A stretch of DNA of 61,575 bases, counting the filler, from Choristocarpus tenellus KU-1152 (lineage: Eukaryota; Protista; Phaeophyceae): the NCBI GenBank assembly GCA_964200185.2. It is 5 parts of 5 records of this genome, joined end to end, with 100 filler letters (N's around TTAATTAATTAA, not from the genome) between each part and the next. Parts side by side here need not be neighbours in the genome. Positions count along the whole stretch, not along the records: positions 1 to 24,302 come from CAXNAD020000219.1; 4 more parts are not named here. One strand, written 5' to 3'. Below the pieces are notes generated by a model. The model worked only from the letters and a program-made list of their open reading frames with translations. It was not told where the DNA came from and searched no databases. How positions within the stretch are numbered: the stretch's first letter is position 1; each line of letters starts with the position of its first letter. The translations under genes were made by a program, and so were the position numbers. This document shows, in pieces, positions 1-12,200 of the stretch.

Positions 1-216
1 GTCAAAATCCAATGTTGCGATTCTGATGTAATTTTGGTTATCGTGTTTGTTAGGAAGTGTCAATATCCTTGTTCCAGACCCACCTTTTCATAACGTGTAC
101 ATTTTACCTATTCCGAAATATTTTGGAGTAGGAAAACGCCGTAAAAACCCCAAGGGAAGTCAAGCCCCAAATGGACAAACAGGACAAAACTCGTACCCTC
201 TAAGATACTTTCACTC
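1..216 (+). mobile_element. MITE family A, partial (cut by window edge)
   Basis: Matches the copies at 45356 and 48559; ends TACCCTCTAAGATACTTTCACTC. Confidence 0.85.
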
Positions 217-1234
217 GGTCCTACACTTCCATTTTTTTCCAACTACTTATTGATAAAATATGCAAAATAATTAAGCCTAGCACTACTTCCCACCTTTTTG
301 ATCATTAAACTACCTCCCTAAATTTAGTCCTCCCAAACAGCACAACTTTTCTCTGGGAGTTCCCACTCGTCATCTGATTCATTATCCCTGAATTCCCAAA
401 ACCATTGTTCTTCTATTTACCACAAAGTGCAGAATATCTTCTCGTTTTCATAGCTTTTTGAAAATGGAGAAATATTTGTGAATTGTGTTACCGTGTGCCT
501 ATGGTAGGTATCATTACTGGAAATATTGCCCATAACCTAATACTAACATATGCTACTATGAAGCACTGGGTGGATCGAGTTGCAGAGCATCAAGATGCAC
601 CAGCACCAGAGAGAGGAAGAGAGTGTTACAAAGTTACCATAGTGGGAATTCATGCCGTAAGTTTTCACAGGAGGAATAGTTGGTTGTAACCTATGAAGCT
701 TGAAGTATTTTTTGGCACATATCTTACAAAACAAATCTGCTATGACGAATATTGATGTATTATTCGCTTGGGTGTCAAAATGCTTTCTGATAGAATGGCA
801 GAGCTATGCCCAACACCCTGAGATGTGCTGGCAACACCACAGTCTTTCAGGCCTGCCTTGGAGTCTGGATCCTGATTGGACCTTGAATGGGATGGAGAAG
901 GGGCCTCCAGTTGTTGCGAGAGCTGCCTGAATGCATCCATTTTATCTAGACTGGTCACAACAGTGACTCGTTCCCCCATGGAGTTGTACTGGAACCTTTT
1001 TCATATTTTGTTGAGGAATTGTAGACATTTTGAGACATAGATTCAGATTTGGTGAGGGGAAGGAAGAGCGTAATCCTGGAGAGGGGGTGGTTAGCCGAGA
1101 TGGTCCATTCGGGGCTGATGGGGTGCAAGATGCCCCATGTTGATGCTCGTTTGGGGGGTGATTTGCCTCCAATTTGATCAAGGCAGAGGGATGGAAAAGG
1201 TACGTTCAGATGAAGGAGATTACCCATACATCTG

Positions 1235-1385
1235 ACACATTCAATCAAATGACATGAAAACCACTTCGATTGTAGCAATACCGAAAGTTCCATAGAGTAA
1301 TTAAGATAACACGTTCACTCAAATGACATGAAAACCACATAAATTGTAGCAATACCGAAAGGTCCATAGAGTAATTAAGATAACG
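1235..1385. repeat. Two-copy tandem repeat, 74-bp period
   Basis: CAAATGACATGAAAACCAC..TTGTAGCAATACCGAAAG.TCCATAGAGTAATTAAGATAAC starts at 1246 and 1320. Confidence 0.9.
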
Positions 1386-3210
1386 ACCTGCAAATTGAGC
1401 TTTTTTGGAGCTCGAAAGTACCATTATGGAGTTTGACCCAATGGTTAACCCAAACACCATATTAGCTTAACCCTGAGTGGTGCAGTACCCGGTACGTCTT
1501 ACATAGGGATCTAAAACATTTGATACCTGGCATATTCCCGACAAGGAGTGTGGAAAACATTTATATATCTTGATGGGATTACACCCAGAAATATGTATTC
1601 TTGCCTACTGCAGCTCTCCTTTATTCGAGTTGATATGCTCATGGCTAGGTGAAAATGTCTGCTTACTATGGATGATATTGCTCTTGTTCATGAAGAAGTT
1701 CAGGAGTGAATCAAAGAGAGCTCCTTGAGCAACTCCTAAGATAACCAAACCTCAACACTATCTAACTCTACACACTTTCAAAAAAAAAACACACACTAGT
1801 TTATGCTTTTCAAATCCATATTGCCATGCTGAAGTGTTTAACCTTGATTTCACCTTCAACATCAATGTTAGAAATGTATTGTCCAAGTAGGCACCATCAT
1901 TTTAGTGAGATCAATTCTATTTTTGTGACTTCAAGCAGTGTGTTCTTCACCCCTAATCTCTTTGTCCAGGGGTGTGAAGTCGATGTGGAGATGATCTTTG
2001 ATCAAATATAAGGTAGGATAATAGTGTTATTGAGGGCTGATTCTTGTTTGTGCTCTAGACTGAGGTTGACGGATTTTGTTGTCCTCGATTAATCTTATTG
2101 CATGATATGCATTGTGGGACTGTTTAATGCAGCGGAAAAGAGTAATTTATCTTTAAGGTGCAGAACTCTGAAAGAGGGATTTGACCGAGGGCTATTCTGG
2201 ACTCTGTCATTGGTTATTTGTTTGATCTGTGTGATTCTGGCTCTTTGCTGATTCACTGCCAATATTACATGATTGCTACCCTTACACTTTATAACACAGT
2301 TTCCCCTGTACAGGACCAAAGTTGAACATTATACATTTGGGGGGTGCACTTGCCGGGTCTTGGATAAATTCATATCCCTATACTGGGCCCCTGTTGCTTG
2401 TTCTCCCAGATGCTGTCCTTTTGTCCTATTTTTGGAGGCCCTGGGGATCTGGCCAGTACAGTCAGCGATGACAAGGCCAGGTAGAGAAGGAAAATGGAGG
2501 GAAATATGAAGTTTATTTTACCAAGTCATGTCGAGGGACTATTGCAGAGAGGAAGGGGAAGTAAAATGTGGTGCAGCACGTTATTGGCAATTATACAAAG
2601 ACTATAGTAGGAGTAGTGATACTGAGAGAGATTAGATTTAACACGAAACAGGGGGATTTGTCAGTGGTTCACGATTCTGTTATTCGACAAATCCCTCCAG
2701 TCCAACTCAGCGACAGAGGAGGTAAGGTCAATAGACAACAAAGATGGGTGTAATTCCTGTCTTGTATAACAGAGCGGTTATGAAGATTGTAGACCTAGGA
2801 CTACAGGAAATATGGTCAGGGTTTTGTACAGTGGGTGTCTACTCAGTTCTTGGCGATTGTTCCAGTCACAGGGTATACTGGGGTTCTTGCTGAGTAGGGT
2901 GTGTTATGTCAGTCCATGATATCACATCAAGTAAGATTGTAGAGAAATTGGCAATAACCTCTTCGAAGAATTCAACCATGGAGGACAATATAGAGCAATC
3001 ATACTTCAACCAGTCCGTCTTTGTTCCCCATAGTTGCTAGTCTTTCCATTGCCAACTACACTGTAGTGCATTCAAAATATCTCCAAAGAATATCCAAGGT
3101 CACTAATTCCTTGCATGGTGACGCAAGACAGTCCACCTTCCTGGCATTGCCTTTGTTCTTCCTTGCCCTCTCTGCAATAGACGCCTTTTTCATGTACTCA
3201 GACATATTGC

Positions 3211-6200
3211 ACTCACCACTCCCGCTTTGACAGCAACCATTGCAGCCATCTTGCACACATCTTCGAATTTCACAAACCCTGATCCGCTGCTCCCTTTTTC
3301 TACTGCAATGACCCCCTCAAGCACAGCACGAGGACATGCGTCAACCATTTCTGGAGCCCACTCCCTAAGTATGGCCCAAACATCGCTGCAAATGGTGAAG
3401 ATGTGAGTAAATAAGATTGCCTCCTCACAGAGAACAGACCAGAGGAAAAATTTGGGCAGTATGATGAAGGAAGGGTGGAGAGACAATGTGATCCCTCTAC
3501 ATTAAAATTTTCTCTGAACATTGAGCTCTACAGCTTTAATGTGTCACATATAAAACTGCAGTATGCGCCTTAGCTAGTCCCTCTAAGCAATTGGAATGAG
3601 ACTTCTACTGTTGGTATGGGAAGGGGCTAGGGAGAATGCCATGTATGCCTTTGAATATCAGACTTATAAGCACGCACAAGATAAACGGGGATTAGAACAG
3701 TAGGATGGGGACAAAAAAAGTGAGATTTCACCAGAGAAATATTTTTTTGCAAGACAGGTGCCCAGACACAATTCGGCATGTCCATTTTCATGACAATAAT
3801 TTAGTGCTGTAGCAAAATGGAAAGCTCCACCTTTAGCAACTGCCATATGTTGAATGCAATAGTTTTCTTTCCCTCCACTGACCCAGCCTCTGGTCTGACC
3901 TGTGCATAACAACACCACCCTTTCTATGTCGCCCCCTTGCCAGAAAGGTCTCTCTCAACCGCCTGTCCAAGAGCAGACTTCTCTCAGTTGGTATTTCAAG
4001 AGAAAATTCAGTGGCATTGGAAGACTCCCCACTCCCCCTGCCTCCGGTCACTGTCCTCGCTCTTTTTGGACTGATAGGGTCGCTATCAGAGGACTGATAC
4101 GTATAAGTTAGAGTCCCAGGTGCTGACTCTCTACCTCTCTGCAGCTTCCACGATTTCTCTGTCCTGAACCTACTATCCAAATAGGAGTCTCCAAAGATGG
4201 GTGGTGAGTTCATGGCTGAGGTTGAGACCCTCTCCATCCCCTCACACTGCCAAGGGAACCTTTTTTGTAATGCTCCTGACCTATTCCCAGACATACCGGT
4301 ACAGGTCTCATTTTCTGCTTGGCCATGGATAGGATGGGCATGTTTAGGGACATATTCCTCTTTGGAGTCCACCCCTGTATCGAGTTTTGAACTAATGCTG
4401 AGATCAGCGGAGATCACATCTGAGTCCAATGCATTAAATTTATTCTCCATACCAACTTCATATGATGATGTCGCATGGAAGTGCTGATGCCAGCTTTGTC
4501 CTGACCTCCTCCAAGAGGGCCACATCTCCTGCCTAGGTTCAGCACCTAGTTCACCTATTAAGTTGTCGAGCGTCACCAACCACCTACCTCCACAATGACT
4601 CTGTCTCCTCTCTATTCCTTGCCCATTTCTTGAGAGCTGGATCAATTTCCCCCTAGCCGGTGTCTCCTCTCCAATCCAATGTTCCTTCTCCATTTCCTCG
4701 TGGCCATACTTGAAACCCAGCTTGGTGATCTCGCCACCAGGCGTGGAAAGAAGTGCTTCCAGTCCCCGTCCACTGGACAGAGGAACAAATACAGCCGCAG
4801 GAGACCCGATTGGAGGGCAGGGAAGAGTGACTCTGTGGACTAGAATTAAACCTTTTCCAAAACTTCCAAGGAACACACAATACGTTTTGTCAACAGAAAT
4901 AGACAAGATTAGACAGGAGCATGTGGCATTTCCTGTCACCGATTCCAGTGGCGGGTAGCCCTGGCTTGAAGCTGGTGAAATATCCAGGGATGAGACCTCA
5001 CTGGAGTGAACCTGGCAGTCAGGTTGAAGATTTATTATGGATTTGCAGGTTCACCAGAAGGGGTAGGGAGAAGGGGAAAATTGAGGCGGAAAGTGTATAA
5101 TTGATGGGAAAATGGTGTTGACATTGATAGTGTATGACAGAGCGAGCTCTATATATGAAATAGATTTCTGGGTGGGACATCAAATTGCTTCAAGATAATT
5201 TTTAAGAAATACGCCTCCTTTGGAATGTTGTGTATCTTCTCGATTGTACATATGCACTAGACGGTTTGTAACTTTTTTTTACGGAGAGAACGCCGTGTCA
5301 TTTTTGTCACTGATGCCTTTGAAAAGGTACAAGTTGCATTCTGTCTATCCTGATGTATAGGAAAATAATCCCCTCCCTGCCCTCCCCCTCCCCCCTATCT
5401 CTCCCTCCCATGGGATGGTGGGAGGTTGTACATGTGTTTGCTACGTTAGGAGTGGGGGGGGGTCTAAGACTACTTCAGGTGATGGGCTTCGTAGGAGAAG
5501 GATGGCCAATGTCAAGGGCAAGTTCGACTTCGACCTTGGCATTCATAGGGTTCTATAGCAGGTAACGATTTGTAGCCTTAGGTGGATGCCGAGGGATTGG
5601 CATGGCACAGATGGAGAACGAAAGAGAAGACTGTTCATATGCGGTATACTATACTGTGTACTGTGGAATAATTATTGGTGTTACTACATGCCCACTTTTG
5701 CAGATGATAAATCGATATATGTCATCAAGGGGGGGAGCAAAATGCTCAACAGGTTTTAAGAAGATGTTGTATTAATTCCGATCAGAAGTTGCTCGTACCA
5801 GTCAAAGTATCTTAGAGGATAAAGTCGCATCCGTTTGGCAGCCAAAATCCAATGTTGATCCGGTCTGAGAACAATGATCATTTCGCATCTATCGCAATAT
5901 TGTGCAATTGTAAACTGGTCACTGCCTTTGACCACTCAAACCACAACCAAGACGTTGCTGAGGAGGCCCTCCAAGAACCATCTCTGAGAGAATTCTGAAC
6001 CATGTCTATTTGAAGCAACACTTGTGTACAATCAGCCACACCTTCTGAGCCCAGAGTGGCTGGCCTCCGACACCCTCCTCTCCTGTAGGACTCAGCTCCC
6101 ATGTCTGCACAAATCCGTTGCCAGAACCCACCACACAGTATATTCGCCCTTTGCCCACTTTCTCTCTCGGTGCTGTGGCATTGTCACTCACAACTGCAAC

Positions 6201-9200
6201 TTGTGGATAGAGGAGTACACAAGCAAAAGAAGATATAGACACGTTGGTGAGGAGGGTATCTCTAAGGAAAATCTTCTTGAATGGGGGACGGTGGGGAACA
6301 GCCCACACTTTCACTGTCCCCCGGCGCCCTGCCGACACCACCCATTCTGATGGTTGTGGCAGGGGAAGAGAAAGAGAGTCCCATTGTCCCAACATGTTCT
6401 TATTTTCGTCAATTCCTCCACTGCCTAGTTTGGTCTGACGGGCAGTCTCTTGAACACAACTCACGGCCACCACTGGCCCTGTGTGGACTTGGTCACTCTC
6501 CCACAGTAGTGGACTCCTCATCAAGTTACCACAGGAGGACAAGAAAAAGGTGGGATAAAAGAGGGGAGCACAAGGGTAGGGAAATATGGCGAGTTTAAAC
6601 TCATGATGTTAACTTAATTATTGGGATATCTATGGTGGAGATGGCATACAAGAGAGCAGCAATGACAGGGAGAGGAAAAACATGGGGGGATAGGGAACCG
6701 CAATATATTGGAGGATGAAGAGCAGTGAGGCAGAAATTTGGAGACAGATATGGCAAATCTAACTGTGGCAGGAAAATAAAATGGGGTAGGTGTTCAGGTA
6801 GTGGGTTCAAAGACGCATGTGAAAGTGCATGGCAGGGCTCACATGCCTCCAAAGATGATATTTTGTAAAATAAATAGGTTAACCAGAAGCTCCTTTACTG
6901 CAAGGTAGAGAGCTGACATAATGAATAATTGATTTGAAAAGTACAGTCTATGCTGCACCAATTTGTACCACTATGACTCTCCCTCTTGTGTGTCTCTTCT
7001 GTCCCTGCTCATTCTGCCTCACCTTGAAGGTGATGGCACCACAGTCCAAAGACGCAGCCGCCCATCTAAGTCTCCTGTGACAACTAGGTACGAAACAGGG
7101 GAAGAGAGACAACACAGAGATGTCACTGCACCAGGACGAGCACCAGAAATAGCACCAATACCATCCCTAGCCCCGGTCATACTCCCTTCCCCCAACTTAG
7201 AAGTAGATTTCGAGATGAAGATGGTAGAAGGATCTCGATGCACTAATCTTCGCACTCCTCCCCCTGCCATGGAGAAAACACCCAGCGAACCGTCAGCATA
7301 GCCGACGACCACCGTCAAGTTTGGCGGATAAATGGTCTCTTTCTCGATGCCCAAAGAGGATACCTGGGTCACCTGTTCACCGAAAAACTCCAAAGCTCTA
7401 TTCTCTCCATGACTACTACCAGAAGAAATGGCTGGTTTGGGTGGGGAGCACACAGAGAAGCACAGGGGCTCAAGTCCTCCTTGGGAGGAAGCTCCTACAC
7501 ATGTGACGAGCTTTTTGGAAGGGATATTACATAGGTCAGTTTGTGGAGACAGATGAGAACATCGGTGGCATAGCCTGTTCAATTGCAAAAAATAAAATTC
7601 ACTCCATGAAGAATCCCCAGTCCACCTTTTTCTGAGGTACCATTGGCAAAATATGCTTCAGAGACAAACACTTTGCTTGCACGGGCCCGCAAGTGGTAGT
7701 GAATTGTATGCATGCATATTTTCCTTTAGGAGATAGATCATATCTGAAGGTTTATTATAAAGTTTCTCATGTATGCGAATGTGAGGTAAAGAGAAACAAT
7801 TATGATGCTTCCGCTCCAGCACAACAAATGAACGCTTTCTTCTTGTCTGCTCTTTCCCTTGGCCTGCCACCCTCCCCTCCATTGACTCACCTCAATACCT
7901 CTCTGGTTGTGTGACCAAGAGGAACGATATAATCCCACCCAACCACCCTGGCACAGGACCAAAACCCCACCCCAGTCCAAGGTGTCTCCGAGTTCTTTGC
8001 CATCTTCTTCCTCAGCTCCACCCTCACTATCCCTCCCCTCTGCACCCCTTTCCCCTCTTGTAGTATCTCCTTCAATATCTTCGCTCTCTCGTCGCCTCTT
8101 GCCCTGATCACAGCTTCTTTGGTCCGACATCCTCGCCCCACTGCGACCCTCTCTTCCCAACTTCACATGCCAAGTTGCATTCGCTATTGCTAGCACCTCT
8201 TTCCCACCCACCGTCCTTCCAAGATGCCATAAGGGTGTCATTATCTCCAGGATAGAAATCAAGCCCCCAGCAACTGCTAAGCAAATGAACTTTACTGCAA
8301 CCCCGCCTAGCCTCTTTTCCCCAGGATCAGGTCTACTCAACCCCGCTGAATCTTCAGGCAGCCAAAGGGTCCTGGGTCTGCACGAATTTGATATTGCATT
8401 GACTGACACTGAGGCAGCAAGAGGGGCAGTTCCACCTCTTGTCCGAGTTTCTTCCACTCTCCAGGCTTGCCATGAATCTATAGCACCCATGTTGCTGAGC
8501 ATTAGATGAGACACAGGGGTTTGTGTGTGGCTCTTCTCTGAGTAGGCCAGGTTTTGCGGTTCCTGTGCTACCTTTTTAGAGCATGGAGAAGGGATATCAG
8601 CGAGATCAAACGATTGGCAGAGGAAGAAAGGGACAGGGTTAGGGATGCATGACAAACTTTCTGAGAGATCTTCACCTCTACGCTGCACTTATATGGAATG
8701 TCAGTAGTGCTGCATGACAAATTGCAGACAGGTTGGTTTCAATAGAGTGTATGCATATAGTGTATGCTTAAAGAAGAGGAGGATTCAGGTAGTCTTACTC
8801 AGACCAAAAGTGCTGAAGAGGGTAGGAGTTTTGCCCGGTTTGTCCGTTTGGGGCTTGGCTTCCCACAGGCCTTTTGTGCCCTTTTCAGTTTTCTGTGTAA
8901 CACAGTTACCTAGAATGTATACAACTATGAATGGTGTGTCTGGAGCAAGGATATTAACACTTGCTGACAAATACAATAGCCAAAATTCATAGAAAAACAA
9001 AACATTTGATGTATGACCATGAACAGATGTGGACCTACCCTCTTAAACGCTTTGAGTCTCATTGAGTCTCAAGAATATTATTCTGAACAGAACAGCACAC
9101 CAGTTCCACGTCATTCAACCAGTAGGAGTTTCGTGTATGAATGAACTGGTTAAATCGTACCCCATGCACAAGTGTGCTCATGAAAGAACCAGAAGTCACA

Positions 9201-12200
9201 CATACTTGGTGACTATTTATTGAACACTTGGTGTTGTACGTGGATTCTACTACAAACTATTACAAATGGAGCGCAGACCACACTCCCACCTCTGGAGGAG
9301 TACTTCGCAAAGATTTTCGTACTCCAGAGCAATCTTCTCACAATTCAAACATCCCACAATTAAAATACCAACCAACATATTCCTATGCCAACCACAAAAA
9401 TTATATGCCACATCAGGATTCTTTTCCCATCCCCTCTACCTCTTGTCTGTTGTAAATAGCTCTGTAGGGAATATGCATTGTGCCAATATACCATTTAGAG
9501 GTAGGAACTTGATGTGAAATCGCTTCTTCTGAAGCTGAAGTGTTTCCAGCTTGTCACCAGCAAATAAATTGTGGATTCCTACACCGTAGTGAGCATCCTC
9601 TTATGTGCGTCTTTCTCCCAATTTCCTTTCGATGACTCTCCCCAAATATCCCTTCCCCGTGCTAACTGACTTGACTCACTCTGAAAGCTCCCACACGGAG
9701 CAGGGACACCCCCTCATAGCTATTGCGGTTGTCAGTGCTGCAACCACAGCCATTTGCATTACCCAAGTCTATCCCAGCCTTCTCCAATCCTACAATCCAC
9801 CAGTGCACTGCAGCACCGTCCCCACCTCCTGAAATCAGAGAGCTTTCTGGAGATATACAACCTTTGCAGGTCTGCAACCGAATGATCAGGCGCTCAACTG
9901 GAAGACTGTGGTGGGCATCAACTCGGCAGAGCACATTCGTTGAGAGTCCCAGTGGGGAGCATGAAACTCTGCCAAAGGAAAGAACAAAGGTTTAGGGGAT
10001 TCGAAGCAGACCTTTGAGAAATGGAAAGAAAATAGTATGAGAAGTTGAGTGTGCAGCACAAGTGAAAGAGCTCACTGACAAGCTCATCTCTAACTATGCC
10101 CTCCCTTCAATATCTACGTACTATACCTCCAGAGGAAGATGTTGCCGTTGGATAGTCCAGTCGCTAGGAGAGGGGCACAGTAGCTTAGTGCTGTGATGGG
10201 AGAGGACTGAAGGTCGGCCATGCTCCCAAGATATTGATAACCCTTCACATGTCCATCATCGGCTCTTGCTGATGTGGACTCCGCATTATCTGGCAAAGAG
10301 GTGGAGATTGCCTCTGTGGTAGGCCCTGGAAGGCTCCACATGTATGCATCAGTCCTGGGTGTGCAGATGTTATATGAAGAACTATGAGCCAGAAATATAT
10401 CATGCACTGGATATGTTTCCTATGTTTAGATACGTTTTGGAGGAAATACAAATTGTGAAGGTGTCAAACGAAGTCACATCTAAGCTACAATTTGACCGGG
10501 TTGTTCTGCGATGGACCAAGCAGTGTACTTGCAAAAAAAATAAAGTCAAAGAGCCCCCCCCCAAAAAAAGAAGTTAGGTCCATTATGAAAAATAGAATCA
10601 GTCAAAACTTAGTCTCTCTATGCCTGCTCCACTCTTTTTTCTTGGGCATTCTTTGGGAGAAGTGGAGATACGACTCATAAGCTTGTCTCTTGAGATATGA
10701 TAGTGGCGTATAATGGTATATGGAAGGATATTGAAGGTCAGGAGGACACATGAGGAGTAATGACCTTGATAATAATCAGGAACATTTTTGCTTTCAGCTT
10801 GTTGCTGGACTGTGCAATTGGGGCATTTCTGATGAGTGCTTACATGGTGCTGCGAAATTGAACAAAAGAAGAGATAGACAAGTTGGACTCTATGATAGGA
10901 ATTGTGAACTGGAGCTCTGCTGAGAAGAAGAACAGTTTCTTTGATTTTTTTTTTTTTGAGGAACGGTCAGACAGCATAGACAATGTTGAAACGTTTCTGC
11001 AGTCAAGCAGAAGTTTAGGAAAATCTCTCTCGCAAAGATAGTTATCTGCAGCACCCGAAGGCCTCCATTCCCTGATCACTCTATCTGCATTGGGCCACAC
11101 CAAGAGACCTCTCATCATGTACATCAGGCGATCTACAGCGCAGCTAGGATCATTGGATGCATGAATGATCATCAATGGCTATACTTTTCTAGAAACAACA
11201 TAGCCAATCAGTGACAAGTTCTTAGTTGCCAGGATGGAAGGGTTCAGAGTTTGTGCATGATAGAAATGAACGCGTCTGGATTACCATTTTCATGGTGCTC
11301 TGGAGGCATTGCCAGGCAAAATTTTTACTATATAACACAGAACTACATTTCTTTTAGTATCCTCTGGCATTTTCCAGATGCTGCGTCATAGCAGGGAAAA
11401 GCAACAATCATTTGACAGAAAACACAACCAGTACAACATAAAAACAGATCCCCTATTGCATAGATCACTCAGTCTTGAGTGCCGAATCACATCTTGGGAT
11501 GATTTTCTCTTAACACCATGATCCCGTGCTTGAGGATATACAGCAGTCACTGGTGTATCTATTATCACAACTGTAAGCCACATGAGACAGTCTCTTTCCC
11601 TGTCTCTGATGCCTAAACACACGCTTCTGAAATCACACATCGGGTGATCCCTGCCAGGGACCTTGTGCACTCTGAACGAACCCCTTAACATAACAACAAA
11701 AGCATAAAAATGTGTAAGGTCAACCAGTTAGACTCAGATGATCCTTGACCCTCTACACTCTACATTTCCCTACCAAAGGACCTCACCTGCATAGGGCAAC
11801 AAGGAAACCCCCATGTGGGTCTACTTCAAGAATATCAATGCGCTCTGCATGTTCCCTCCCCTCAAGTATGCCTGCCTCTGACACAGAAACCTGGTGATCA
11901 AGTTTCAAGCAAGGTGGGATTGTGTCTAAGGAAATTACTAGTATCAAACATTTCTGGCAGCGATAATTACATTAACAAGAGGTGCTTAACAGAAGAGGTG
12001 AGGTGTGTGTTTGCGTGTGTGTGATATCATGTTTATTTCCTGCATTTCTATTCTGGTTTTTTTGTCTAATTGCATTTTTTTTTTTGTGAGCATCTGTGCT
12101 TCCAGATATTTGTTTATAATCGAGTGCTGAATTCCTCCAGTGATTAGTCAGTATTAACCCTATTTTCTTCTGTATCCACACAAGTTGCTTCAACCTGCCA

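Noticed and set aside
1235-1385. Direct repeats as a possible CRISPR array
   Set aside because: Only two contiguous 74-bp units, no unique spacers, no cas genes, eukaryotic context.
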